Shown here: positions 8,371-18,351 of the stretch, piece by piece
Numbering within the stretch: the stretch's first letter is position 1
How the letters are laid out: each line of letters opens with the position of its first letter
Origin: an uncultured Planctomycetales bacterium
Lineage (GTDB): Bacteria > Omnitrophota > Gorgyraeia > Zapsychrales > Aceulaceae
Assembly (NCBI GenBank): GCA_964648665.1
Contig: CAZYOA010000009.1
Location: forward strand, 83 to 64,082
Length of the DNA: 64,000 nucleotides
Reading direction: 5' to 3'
The notes under the pieces: generated by a model
Database searches by the model: none
Seen by the model: only the letters and a program-made list of their open reading frames with translations
What the model was told of the DNA's origin: nothing
Program-made: the position numbers and the translations under genes

Positions 8371-9468
8371 ATGAAAATTTTACGAAAATATATCTTATTA
8401 GAATGCATCTTACCGTTTTTTTTGTCCCTTTCTGTCCTAACTAGCGTTTTCTTGCTAGGTTATCTCATTAAGCTTGCCAATATGGTTATTAATAAAGGTG
8501 TCAGCCTTGCCTTGGTTGGACAAGTTTTCTTGTATTACATTCCATACGTTTTAACATACACACTTCCTATCGCATGCTTAATGGCCATTATTCTAGCCTT
8601 CAGTCGCTTTTCAACGGACAATGAGATTCTAGCTATGCGTGCCAATGGTATTCGCCTTAAAAACCTTTTATGGCCTATTTTTATGATGGGTCTGATTTTA
8701 AGCCTTTTTTCTATTATTCTTAATATTAAAATCATTCCACACGCTTATCATCAACAACGAAAACTTTTAAAGGAAGTTGGCACCAAAAACCCAACCGCTC
8801 TTCTCGAAGCCGGAACATTTATCAAAGACTTTAAAGATCAAATTCTTTTTATTTACCGCATTGATGGAAACAAGATGTACAACATTCGAATTTATCAGCC
8901 TCAGCCAGATGGGAAAATGACACGTACGATTACAGCTAAAGAAGGCGAATTTACACAAGTTCCAGGGGAAGATAAAATTAAATTAAAACTTATCAGCGGA
9001 ACAAGCGACGAACCAGATTTAGAGAATCCGAATAATTTCTATAAATTAAAATTTAATACATTTTTTCGTACACTCGACCTATCTAAGGCAAACAATAAAA
9101 AAATTGAAAAGAAGCCTCAGGGCATGACGCTTAAAGAAGTACAAGAAAAAATTAAAGAATTAGACGCTCTAGGAATTGACGATGTTATTCCATTAAGGAT
9201 CGAATTTCATCGAAAACTTGTTTGGGCTTTTGCGGTTTTAATCTTTATGATGCTCGGTCTTCCTCTTGCCGTTGTTACGCATAGAAGAGAAAAAACAGCA
9301 AACGTCGCACTTGCTGTATTGTGTGCTGTAAGCTATTATCTACTAACCCTTGGATGCCAAGCGTTATGCGTCCAAAATAACACTCCAATTGCAATTACTA
9401 TGTGGGCTCCAAATATTATCGGAGCTGTAATTGCTTTTGTTTTAAATTATCGATTATGCGCATCATAG
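8371..9468 (+). CDS. lptF: LPS export ABC permease, LptF/LptG (YjgP/YjgQ) family
   Basis: 365 aa with six-TM topology and a large periplasmic loop. N-terminus ILRKYILLECILPFF is typical of the family. A paralogue lies immediately downstream. Confidence 0.85.
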   Translation: MKILRKYILLECILPFFLSLSVLTSVFLLGYLIKLANMVINKGVSLALVGQVFLYYIPYVLTYTLPIACLMAIILAFSRFSTDNEILAMRANGIRLKNLLWPIFMMGLILSLFSIILNIKIIPHAYHQQRKLLKEVGTKNPTALLEAGTFIKDFKDQILFIYRIDGNKMYNIRIYQPQPDGKMTRTITAKEGEFTQVPGEDKIKLKLISGTSDEPDLENPNNFYKLKFNTFFRTLDLSKANNKKIEKKPQGMTLKEVQEKIKELDALGIDDVIPLRIEFHRKLVWAFAVLIFMMLGLPLAVVTHRREKTANVALAVLCAVSYYLLTLGCQALCVQNNTPIAITMWAPNIIGAVIAFVLNYRLCAS

Positions 9469-10559
9469 AACGCTATCTTTTAAAAAATATTGCAACCATA
9501 TTCATATCAGCATTAATTATTTTTTGCTTTTTATATGTATTGATTGATCTTGCCAGCAATCTTGATGAGTTCATAAGACAAAAAGTTTCTTTTGAGGTCT
9601 TAATACGATACTATCTTTCCTTCTTGCCGATCATTATTTCTCAAACGTCTCCTCTCGCCTGCTTAATCGCATGCCTTCTTACGTTTAGTCATGCCAATAG
9701 TAATAATGAAATTATTGTTTTGCGCTCAGGAGGATTAAGCTTCTGGCGAATTACAAAACCAGCTATCTTTTTTGCGATTTTAGTCTGCGCTCTTATGTTT
9801 TGGGTTAACGAGCGATTTGTTCCACAAGCAACATCTATGTCCCAATCCATTGAAGATGAATATCTAATTCTAAAAGTTGACGCCGCCAAGAAAAAACAAG
9901 CAATTCGCGACCTAACATTCTATGGACTTAAAAACCGATTGTTTTATATTGATAGGTTTGACCCTACAGATTTTTCTCTACATGGAATTACAATTATTGG
10001 TCATGACGAACAACAGCAAATCTCAGAAAAGACTGTCGCCTGGGAGGGAAAATGGACTGGAATTGCTTGGAAATTTTATCGTTTACAAATTGCAAGCTTT
10101 AGCATTCCCGGGGATGAAACAACTGAAACGGTACGATATTATAACGAGAAATTAATGGACATTAAAGAAACACCTGAAGACTTTTTGAGACAACGCCTAG
10201 ATGTTAACTCTATGAATACCAAACAGCTATATCACTACATCAAGCGATTTGATAGCAGTGGAGCCGAAAAAGCACTAAACAATTTACGCGTTGATCTTTA
10301 TCAGAAAATAGCTTTTCCTTTTACAGGACTAGTTGTTTTGCTAGTCGGGTTGCCATTAGCTCTTATGACAAATAGGCGAAAGGCTCTAACCTTTACATCT
10401 TTAGGAATTGCTATTGGGATTGGTTTTGCTTTCTATGTCTTAAATGCCGTAGGCTTGGCCTTTGGAAAAGGAGGACTTTTACCACCTGCCCTATCTGCTG
10501 GACTAGCACCAGGAGTTTGCTTCTTTACAGCTATCTACTTCATTCGAACAAAATTCTGA
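9456..10559 (+). CDS. lptG: LPS export ABC permease, LptF/LptG (YjgP/YjgQ) family
   Basis: MRIIERYLLKNIATIF... is the family N-terminus. The ATG at 9456 overlaps the lptF stop; the track start at 9402 is an upstream extension. Confidence 0.85.
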   Translation: MRIIERYLLKNIATIFISALIIFCFLYVLIDLASNLDEFIRQKVSFEVLIRYYLSFLPIIISQTSPLACLIACLLTFSHANSNNEIIVLRSGGLSFWRITKPAIFFAILVCALMFWVNERFVPQATSMSQSIEDEYLILKVDAAKKKQAIRDLTFYGLKNRLFYIDRFDPTDFSLHGITIIGHDEQQQISEKTVAWEGKWTGIAWKFYRLQIASFSIPGDETTETVRYYNEKLMDIKETPEDFLRQRLDVNSMNTKQLYHYIKRFDSSGAEKALNNLRVDLYQKIAFPFTGLVVLLVGLPLALMTNRRKALTFTSLGIAIGIGFAFYVLNAVGLAFGKGGLLPPALSAGLAPGVCFFTAIYFIRTKF

Positions 10560-10562
10560 ATT

Positions 10563-11315
10563 TTATCCTTTTAAAATCCATTCTTTTAAAGTTTTTGTAA
10601 AATCTTCATCTGCAAGTCTTCCGTCAAAGAACTTATCAACCTTATTCTTTGCCCAAAAACTTTTAATTTCTTCAATCGCCAAAGTTGATCCATCTTCTGT
10701 CCCTTGAACACTCGCATCACTATAAATAACAATCAAAGGATTTTCGAACATTAAACTTTTAGCTCTATTTAAAAAAGTTTCTGGTTCAGACTTCAGGAAT
10801 TGAGGATGAACAATAATAATTTCAAACTCTGCTGATTTTCCCTTTATCAACAGTTCATCTTCTCCAGCCATGGCATAGCCTTTATATCCAATAGCCTCAA
10901 TAGCTTTTAAGATCTTTTCACTAGCATCAGAATCATTACACAAAACAAGTGCTTTCTTAGCAAGAACCATATCAAGCTTTTCTTTAAGTTCTTCTGCCTC
11001 CATCGGTTTGGATAAGAAATCATTTACACCTAAAGCCTGAAATGTTTCTTTCATCAATCGTCTTGCTGTTAAAACAACCACTGGAATATTTGCAAGGCTA
11101 GCATTTCGTTTTAGATTCTTATAAAACTCAAAACCATCCATAACTGGCATCATAACATCAAGAAGAATTACATCTGGCTTATTTTCCTTTAAAACATCCA
11201 AACCCTCCTGCCCATTTTCGGCAATCAAAACATTCCACTCAAGAGACTTTAGCCGCTTAGCCAAAACTTCTCTAATATCTGGCTCATCATCAATAACTAA
11301 TATTGTTTTATTCAT
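10563..11315 (-). CDS. Response regulator: receiver domain plus C-terminal receiver-like domain of unknown function
   Basis: ILVIDDEPDIREVL...DVILLDVMMPVMDGFE...LTA...K are the CheY-like motifs. Residues ~125-250 look like a second flavodoxin-like fold without the acidic pocket. No DNA-binding motif was recognised. Confidence 0.8.
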   Translation of the reverse strand: MNKTILVIDDEPDIREVLAKRLKSLEWNVLIAENGQEGLDVLKENKPDVILLDVMMPVMDGFEFYKNLKRNASLANIPVVVLTARRLMKETFQALGVNDFLSKPMEAEELKEKLDMVLAKKALVLCNDSDASEKILKAIEAIGYKGYAMAGEDELLIKGKSAEFEIIIVHPQFLKSEPETFLNRAKSLMFENPLIVIYSDASVQGTEDGSTLAIEEIKSFWAKNKVDKFFDGRLADEDFTKTLKEWILKG

Positions 11316-11348
11316 TTCTATTTTCCTTATTTAAATTATTAATTTTAA

Positions 11349-11819
11349 TTATTCTTGCCCAGAAGCACTTTTAGCAGCATTATAAAAATTCTTAAAAACA
11401 TCACGCCTTCCAACAACGCCAATCATCTTTCCATCTTCACAAACTGGAATAGTATGAATATTTTTACGTTTCATAATATTAATAATTTCAGCTAAAGATG
11501 TTGTTTTTTCGATACTAACAAGACTTGTCGACATGGCAAAAGAAACTTTTGGATTAAGGGCATCTCCCTGAATTGTACCTGAACGGATAATATCGATTAA
11601 AGTAAACAAGTCCGTCGCTGTAATAATTCCTTCAAGTTGACCATCTGGTCCACCAACAGGTAAACCACTGATACGCTTTTTAATCATAAAATCTGCAACA
11701 TCCGCCAAGCTCGACTCTTGTTTTGCCAAAACAACATCTTTTGTCATAAAGTCTTCAGCCTTAATTGAATTTAACTTCTCCTCTAATTGATGAACTTGCT
11801 CTTCAATGCTCTTTGTCAT
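11349..11819 (-). CDS. CBS-domain pair protein
   Basis: 156 aa with two CBS-like repeats (MTKDVV...ISGLPV; ...IHTIPVCEDGKMIGVVGRRDV). Confidence 0.8.
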   Translation of the reverse strand: MTKSIEEQVHQLEEKLNSIKAEDFMTKDVVLAKQESSLADVADFMIKKRISGLPVGGPDGQLEGIITATDLFTLIDIIRSGTIQGDALNPKVSFAMSTSLVSIEKTTSLAEIINIMKRKNIHTIPVCEDGKMIGVVGRRDVFKNFYNAAKSASGQE

Positions 11820-11856
11820 AATTTCCCCTTTTTTTTAAGGTTTAATAATACAAAAT

Positions 11857-12969
11857 TTACAATTTATTTCCTAAAACGCACACAATTTCATAATTAATTG
11901 TGCTCGCAATCTTTGCCAAATCTTCTGCAGAAATTTTGCTCTTTCCTTCTGTGCCCATAATACAAACTTTATCTCCAACAGAAATATTCTTAACAGCACT
12001 GACATCAACCATAATCTGATCCATCGTAACATTGCCAACAACAGGACAAAGTTTCCCGCGCACAATAACCTTTGCGCGATTTGAAAAAGCTCGAAAATAA
12101 CCATCATGATAACCAATTGAAATTGTAGCGATACGCATTTTCTTTTTTGCTATAAACGTGTGCCCATAACTAACCCCTCGCCCCTTAGGAATGCTTTTAA
12201 TAAAACATATTCTTGATTTAACACTCATGACAGGTGTTAATTTAATTTTATTCTTAATCTTTGTCGATGGATAAAGACCGTAAAGCATCAATCCTGTTCT
12301 AACAAGATTAAATCCTTTATTAGAAAATGCAACAAAACCCATGCTGTTAGCAGCATGCACATATTTTATTGTCGATATTTCTTTCTTAATTTGCTCTGTT
12401 ACCTGAAGAATAGATTTAATTTGTTTCTCCGTAAAAAATCTATTTGTATCAGCTAAAGGAAAATGTGTGCAAATCCCTTCAACTTTAATTCCAGAAAAAG
12501 TTTGAATTTGAGCAACAAAATCAAACGCATTAGCCTGATAAACGCCAAGACGGCTCATTCCTGTATCAATCTTGATATGAACAGGAAACTTTATTTTTCT
12601 TTGAATCAATAACTGATTTAAAGCTTTAGCAAGATCAACGCTACAAACAACTGGTGTAATATTATATTTAATTAAATACTTTGCCTGCTCAGGCAAAGCG
12701 TGTTCTAAAAGCATAATACGCTTTTTAATTCCAATTTCTCGAAGAGTAATAGCTTCGTTAATATCTGACACACCAAAAAATTTTATATTTCCTCGATTTA
12801 AAACTTTAGCTACTTTTTCTAATCCATGTCCGTACGCATCAGCCTTAACAACTGCTAAAATATCAATATTCTTTCCAGCTAACTTCTTAATAGATTGTAC
12901 ATTAGATAAAAGAGCTTTTGTGTTGATTTCTCTAGAAATCATTGGCGGGCATGATGATTTCTTGCTCAT
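11857..12969 (-). CDS. alr: Alanine racemase
   Basis: PLP-lysine motif AVVKADAYGHG. The ATG at 12969 forms an ATGA overlap with the tsaB stop; the track start at 12984 is TTG. Confidence 0.9.
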   Translation of the reverse strand: MSKKSSCPPMISREINTKALLSNVQSIKKLAGKNIDILAVVKADAYGHGLEKVAKVLNRGNIKFFGVSDINEAITLREIGIKKRIMLLEHALPEQAKYLIKYNITPVVCSVDLAKALNQLLIQRKIKFPVHIKIDTGMSRLGVYQANAFDFVAQIQTFSGIKVEGICTHFPLADTNRFFTEKQIKSILQVTEQIKKEISTIKYVHAANSMGFVAFSNKGFNLVRTGLMLYGLYPSTKIKNKIKLTPVMSVKSRICFIKSIPKGRGVSYGHTFIAKKKMRIATISIGYHDGYFRAFSNRAKVIVRGKLCPVVGNVTMDQIMVDVSAVKNISVGDKVCIMGTEGKSKISAEDLAKIASTINYEIVCVLGNKL

Positions 12970-13655
12970 TTTCTCACCTGACAATCTTTAGAATATAAAT
13001 ACATTGGAGCTAACGTAATTGAATTATCTATTTTTCGTTTTTTAAATCGCCTTACAGATAATTCAGTTAAATTAACTGCCTGTGCATAATTATATTCTTC
13101 ATCTGCAAATAAAATCTTATTCTTTTTATCTTTGAAACAAGATTTAATTTCATTCTCGAAAATTTTCACTCCATCACCAACAAATACACATTCGCCTTTA
13201 ATTCTTTTCAAGATATTTTTAACGTCACATAAAAAATATGAGCTCACTCTTTCTATACAATTATTCTTCACTTTATAGATACTTGAAAAAACCATATTGC
13301 GCTTAGCGTCTGATAAAACACAAATCTTATCTAAAGCTAAATCTTTGACACCTTGTGCGATTACGTCTAAACTTGATATGCCAACAACAGGCTTTTTAAG
13401 AGCTAAACAAAATGCCTTAATCGTAGCCAAGCCAACGCGCAAACTCGTAAAAGATCCTGGCCCAAGACCAATAGAAAATCCATCAACATCGCACAATGAA
13501 ACTTTTCCATTTTTTAAAACGCTATCAATCGCAGGAATAATTGATTCTGCAAGTGCTTTTTCTATCTTTAGATTCTTTGAGAACAAGACCTTTTCATCGT
13601 CACAAATAGCAATGCTAAAATTTTTGCTCGAACTATCAAGACTTAAAATGTTCAT
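12966..13655 (-). CDS. tsaB: tRNA t6A37 biosynthesis protein TsaB
   Basis: N-terminus MNILSLDSSS... and GPGSFTSLRVG, typical of the TsaB/YeaZ family. Adjacent to tsaE. Confidence 0.85.
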   Translation of the reverse strand: MNILSLDSSSKNFSIAICDDEKVLFSKNLKIEKALAESIIPAIDSVLKNGKVSLCDVDGFSIGLGPGSFTSLRVGLATIKAFCLALKKPVVGISSLDVIAQGVKDLALDKICVLSDAKRNMVFSSIYKVKNNCIERVSSYFLCDVKNILKRIKGECVFVGDGVKIFENEIKSCFKDKKNKILFADEEYNYAQAVNLTELSVRRFKKRKIDNSITLAPMYLYSKDCQVRK

Positions 13656-14116
13656 ACTTTTATTTTTTCAATCACCTCTTTAAAATGTTTTGTTTTTCCT
13701 GTAACCGTAAACAATCTTTCATCCTCACCTTTGTGTTGAATCTTGACCGAAAGACAAGCTTTAGGCAAAAGACGTCCCAATCGATCTGCCCACTCAACAA
13801 CACAAATACCTCCACCATAAAAGAAATCTTCATATCCGATAGCTTCAATTTCTTTAGGATTCTCAATACGGTATAAGTCAAAATGATAAACCGGTACCTT
13901 CGGTGCAGGATAAATATTCATTAGCGTAAATGTAGGACTATGTACCTCTGTTTTCTTAATTTTTAGTCCTTGCGCTATCCCCCTAGTCAAAACTGTTTTG
14001 CCAGAACCTAGCTCACCGAAAAGACAAACAATGTCTCCAGGTTTCAATCCTTTAGCCAAAGCTTTGCCAAACTGTTCAGTCTTTTTTGCAGATTGTGATA
14101 AGTATTTTAAATTCAT
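13652..14116 (-). CDS. tsaE: tRNA t6A37 biosynthesis ATPase TsaE
   Basis: 154 aa with Walker A GELGSGKT and SPTFTL...HFDLYR motifs. Confidence 0.88.
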   Translation of the reverse strand: MNLKYLSQSAKKTEQFGKALAKGLKPGDIVCLFGELGSGKTVLTRGIAQGLKIKKTEVHSPTFTLMNIYPAPKVPVYHFDLYRIENPKEIEAIGYEDFFYGGGICVVEWADRLGRLLPKACLSVKIQHKGEDERLFTVTGKTKHFKEVIEKIKV

Positions 14117-14117
14117 A

Positions 14118-15017
14118 TTAGAAATGTGTGTACGCTTTCTGTTTTATTGCTTTCAAGGTCCCATTTACCCTCTTAAGCATCAAACCGTTTTTCTTTTTTG
14201 TTATCAATCCGATTTCGTAAAATTTAAACTTTCTTTGCTGCCTTAAGGTAACCACTTTTTTCTTCGGCAAAGTAAAAATGAGTTCGAAATCTTCACCGTC
14301 AAATAAAGCCTGAGAAATCTTCGCTCCTTTAGTGAGCGGAATTCTCTCTTCATCAACAATAGCCCCACACTGACTTTCATTTAAAATGTGAGATAAATCT
14401 GATGCAAGTCCATCAGAAATATCAATCATGGCATTAGGCTTAATTTTCTTAACTAAATACTGAGCCTCAGCCAGACGCGGCTTAAATGTTAAATGTTTTT
14501 TCGTTTTTAAAGATCGACCAAGAAATCCTGTACAAAAAATAATATCTCCGGATTTCGCTCCTGAACGAAAAACAATATCTTTTCGTTCTGCTTCTCCTGT
14601 TAAAGAAACATTAATAATCAGCTCTTTCGACCTAACAGTATCGCCTCCTACAATACTAATGCCGAATTCTTTAGCAATATCAAAGAGACCTTGATATATA
14701 CTTTCAATTTCTTTTAATGAGTTGCTTTTACTCACACCCAAAGAAACAACTCCGTATTTAGGCCTTCCTCCCATGGCCACAATATCGCTTATGCTAACCG
14801 CTAATGCTTTTCGCCCAACAAGCCTTGCATTATCTTTTTTTGAAAAATGCACATTTTCGATCAACATATCTGTTGTCAAAATAAGATTTTGATTGCGATT
14901 AAAAGGCAAGACAGCAGCATCATCTCCAATACCCTTGATCACATCTTTCTTGATTGGTGCATTCTTTTTGATAATATCAATGAGCCCAAACTCACCTATT
15001 TTTCTTAATGATCTCAT
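14118..15017 (-). CDS. thiL: Thiamine-monophosphate kinase
   Basis: IGDDAAV and the GGD...G motifs of the AIR-synthase-like ThiL. The ATG at 15017 avoids overlap with mtnA (track start 15083). Confidence 0.85.
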   Translation of the reverse strand: MRSLRKIGEFGLIDIIKKNAPIKKDVIKGIGDDAAVLPFNRNQNLILTTDMLIENVHFSKKDNARLVGRKALAVSISDIVAMGGRPKYGVVSLGVSKSNSLKEIESIYQGLFDIAKEFGISIVGGDTVRSKELIINVSLTGEAERKDIVFRSGAKSGDIIFCTGFLGRSLKTKKHLTFKPRLAEAQYLVKKIKPNAMIDISDGLASDLSHILNESQCGAIVDEERIPLTKGAKISQALFDGEDFELIFTLPKKKVVTLRQQRKFKFYEIGLITKKKNGLMLKRVNGTLKAIKQKAYTHF

Positions 15018-15021
15018 CTCT

Positions 15022-16056
15022 TTAAAACAACTTTGCAATACTCTTTTTAAATGGAGAACGAATAATCCCTTTTTCAGTAACAATAGCTGTAATCAGTCGA
15101 TGAGGAGTAACATCAAATGCAGGATTATAAGTCTTAATACACTTTGGTGCAATTTGCCTTTTTGCAATATGTGTAATTTCTTCTGAATCTCTTTGCTCAA
15201 TAGGAATTTCTTTGCCAGTCTTAATATTTATATCAAAGGTTGATTTTGGCGCAACAATATAAAATGGAATCTTATGATAATTTGCTAAAACAGCTAAACC
15301 ATATGTTCCAATCTTGTTTGCTGTGTCTCCATTCAAAGCAATGCGATCAGCTCCAACAAAGATCATGTCTACGTGACCCTGCACCATTAAAGTTGCAGCC
15401 ATGTTGTCACAAATAAGTGTTGTATCGATTCTTTCTCGAGACAGTTCCCAAGCTGTTAGGCGAGCTCCCTGTAGCAATGGACGAGTTTCACAAACATAAA
15501 CTTTAAATTTCTTTTTCTTCTTTTTTGCTGAATACATAACACCTAAAGCTGTTCCATAATCAACCGTAGCTAGTGCTCCTGCATTACAAATTGTTAAAAC
15601 ATTGCTTTTATTCTTAATTAATTTTTCTCCATGATTTCCCATGACTCGACAAACACGTCGATCTCGATCAAAGATTTCAAATGCTTGTTTCTTTAACTTC
15701 TTGCGCAAAAACAAAACGCTATCATCTATATTATCAGAAACAACTTTCTTCATGCGCTCAAGCTCATTAAATAAATTAACAGCTGTTGGCCGCGAAGTTG
15801 CTATATAATCACAAAGTTTAAGAAACTTTTTCTCAAAAATTTCTCGATTATTTGTTTTTATTTCTTGAATGCCAAGTAAAACACCAAACCCTGCTGCAGC
15901 TCCAAGAGCAGGAGCACCGCGAACACTTAAAACCTTAATCGCCTTCCAAAGAGTTTTAACATCTCTACAGTCAATAAAAGTTAATTTTAAAGGAAGCTTA
16001 GTTTGATCAATAATGCGAACATGATCATCAATCCATTTGATTGTTGGAATTGGCAT
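15022..16056 (-). CDS. mtnA: S-methyl-5-thioribose-1-phosphate isomerase (eIF-2B alpha/beta/delta family)
   Basis: 344 aa: IDQTKLP...RGAPALG...RPTAVNL...GADRIALNGDTANKIGTY. Confidence 0.85.
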   Translation of the reverse strand: MPIPTIKWIDDHVRIIDQTKLPLKLTFIDCRDVKTLWKAIKVLSVRGAPALGAAAGFGVLLGIQEIKTNNREIFEKKFLKLCDYIATSRPTAVNLFNELERMKKVVSDNIDDSVLFLRKKLKKQAFEIFDRDRRVCRVMGNHGEKLIKNKSNVLTICNAGALATVDYGTALGVMYSAKKKKKKFKVYVCETRPLLQGARLTAWELSRERIDTTLICDNMAATLMVQGHVDMIFVGADRIALNGDTANKIGTYGLAVLANYHKIPFYIVAPKSTFDINIKTGKEIPIEQRDSEEITHIAKRQIAPKCIKTYNPAFDVTPHRLITAIVTEKGIIRSPFKKSIAKLF

Positions 16057-16058
16057 AT

Positions 16059-17567
16059 TTATTTTTTATCAATCTCGATGCGCGGAAACAATGCATCGTG
16101 TGTCTTAAGAACTTTCCCGCTAACAAGTTCTCCCCAAAATGAATTTGTACCATTAGCGCCAAGAATATCTAACACCTGATCTGCTTTTGTCGGAATAACA
16201 GGTAAAAGCTCTACAGCTGCAACTCTTAAAGCTTCTGTTGCAACATAAAGAATAGTTCCTGCTCTTTCTAGATTTTCCTTAGCAACCTTCCACGGAGCTT
16301 GCTTCTCAAGATAACCATTAACGCTTCGAATTAAAATAAGAACGTCTTCAATAGCTTCATGAATTTTCATATCATCAACATGAGTCTTTACTTTCTTATT
16401 TAAGCCATCAATAATTTCTTTAACCTGTTGATCTTCAATACTTAAATCTTTAAGCTCTGGAATATGACCATCAAAATATTTTCCAATTAAACCAGAAACA
16501 CGGTTTAAAAGATTTCCAAAATCATTCGCTAAATCACTGTTATATCTTTTAATAAAAGATTCTACAGTAAATTTTGCATCTTGCCCCAAAACCATCTCTC
16601 GCATCAGATAATAGCGAACAGCATCAACACCATATTGATCAACTAAGTCCAAAGGATCAACAATATTGCCAAGAGATTTACTCATTTTTGTTTCTCCAAT
16701 AAGCCACCATCCATGAGCAAAAATCCTTTTTGGCAAATCTATTCCTAAAGAGAAAAGCATTGTTGGCCAATAAACGCAATGTGTTGTTAAAATATCTTTA
16801 GCCATCAAATGTGTCGCATTCGGCCACCAATCATTAAACTTTTCATCGTCCACGCCATAACCAATCGCCGTCACATAATTTAAAAGCGCATCAAACCAAA
16901 CATATGTTACATAATCTTTATCGAAAGGAATTTCAATGCCCCAGCTCATACGCTCCTTTGGCCTAGAAATACATAGATCTCCCAACGGTTTTCGCAAAAA
17001 TCCTAAAACTTCATTTTTACGATGAGCAGGTTGAATAAAATCAGGATGACTCTCGATATGATCAATAAGTTTTTGCTGATATTTACTCATCTTAAAAAAC
17101 CAATTGCGCTCTTTTAACTTCTTGATATCCCGAAATTCACCAGATTCTTTCTCAGTTTCTGTAATGAATCTCTCCTCGGCAACCGAATACCATCCTTCGT
17201 ATTCATCAACGTAAATATCCCCGGACTCATAAACCTTGCTAAGAGCATCTTGAACAACCTTAATATGACGAGCTTGTGTTGTGCGAATAAAATCATTATT
17301 TTGAATCTTAAGCTTTTCCCAAAGATTAATAAATCGGGGTGCTAAGTCATCGCAATGCGCTTGCTCCGTTAAATTTCTTTTTTGTGCAGCCTGTTGAACC
17401 TTTTGCCCGTGCTCATCAAGCCCAGTTAAGAAAAAAACCTCATCATTTTGCGCTTTATGATAACGTGCCATCACATCCGCTAAGATTGTTGTATACGCAT
17501 GTCCAATATGCGGCTTATCATTAACGTAATAAATAGGCGTTGTAATATAAATTTTATTCTTCTTCAT
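16059..17567 (-). CDS. metG: Methionine--tRNA ligase (short form)
   Basis: TTPIYYVNDKPHIGHAYT (HIGH) and KMSKSLGN motifs. M16 (ATG 17567) gives the typical N-terminus. Confidence 0.93.
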   Translation of the reverse strand: MKKNKIYITTPIYYVNDKPHIGHAYTTILADVMARYHKAQNDEVFFLTGLDEHGQKVQQAAQKRNLTEQAHCDDLAPRFINLWEKLKIQNNDFIRTTQARHIKVVQDALSKVYESGDIYVDEYEGWYSVAEERFITETEKESGEFRDIKKLKERNWFFKMSKYQQKLIDHIESHPDFIQPAHRKNEVLGFLRKPLGDLCISRPKERMSWGIEIPFDKDYVTYVWFDALLNYVTAIGYGVDDEKFNDWWPNATHLMAKDILTTHCVYWPTMLFSLGIDLPKRIFAHGWWLIGETKMSKSLGNIVDPLDLVDQYGVDAVRYYLMREMVLGQDAKFTVESFIKRYNSDLANDFGNLLNRVSGLIGKYFDGHIPELKDLSIEDQQVKEIIDGLNKKVKTHVDDMKIHEAIEDVLILIRSVNGYLEKQAPWKVAKENLERAGTILYVATEALRVAAVELLPVIPTKADQVLDILGANGTNSFWGELVSGKVLKTHDALFPRIEIDKK

Positions 17568-18351
17568 TTTTTTTAAAAGATACTTTCGCAGTTTTCCCAT
17601 CTCCAAGATCAATTTTTACAGATCGCTGCAATATGTTAACATCAAAAACTTTTCCTTTTCCTTGAGCAGTGCTAATCTTTGCACCTCTCTTAGGAAGCCC
17701 TTTTGCATACTGCTTATAAACCTGAAACTCGTACGCCATGCAGCATTTAATACGCCCACAAACACCAGAAATTCTTGATGGATTAATCGGTAAATCTTGC
17801 TCTTTTGCCATTTTGATTGTAAGAGGATGAAAATCTCGCATATAAGATGAACAACAAAGTTCTCTCCCACAACATCCCATTCCACCAACAGTTTTAGCCT
17901 GATCTCTCACGCCAATTTGCTTAAGCTCAATACGCGCTCTAAAAATACCCGCAAGCTCTTTAACAAGATTTCTAAAATCAACTCGCTCATCAGCAATGAA
18001 AAAGAAGACAATTTTACTATTATCAAAACTAAATTCACAATGAACTATTTTCATATTAAGTTTTTGTTCACTGATTTTTTTCTCACATGTACTAATCGTT
18101 TCCTTAGCTTTTTCTTTATTTCTCTCAATTCGTTTTAAATCTTCTTCGTTGGCAATACGCAATACTTTTCCTGGAAGATTTTCAACACGTCCCTCAGGTG
18201 AAGCTTCTGTATCTGAAATAATTTTCCCATATTCTGTAGCTCGATCCATGCTTAAAACAACAAAATCTCCTCGGCTACAATCAATATCCTTAATGTTGTA
18301 CAGGCTAATTCCGCGAAACTCGCCTAATCCAACCTGGATTACTTTTTCCAT
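17554..18351 (-). CDS. ricT: PSP1-domain protein (YaaT/RicT-like)
   Basis: PSP1 C-terminal domain pattern with the Cys cluster GGMGCCGRELCC...GVCGRIKCC. Sits after holB as in Bacillus. Confidence 0.82.
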   Translation of the reverse strand: MEKVIQVGLGEFRGISLYNIKDIDCSRGDFVVLSMDRATEYGKIISDTEASPEGRVENLPGKVLRIANEEDLKRIERNKEKAKETISTCEKKISEQKLNMKIVHCEFSFDNSKIVFFFIADERVDFRNLVKELAGIFRARIELKQIGVRDQAKTVGGMGCCGRELCCSSYMRDFHPLTIKMAKEQDLPINPSRISGVCGRIKCCMAYEFQVYKQYAKGLPKRGAKISTAQGKGKVFDVNILQRSVKIDLGDGKTAKVSFKKNEEE

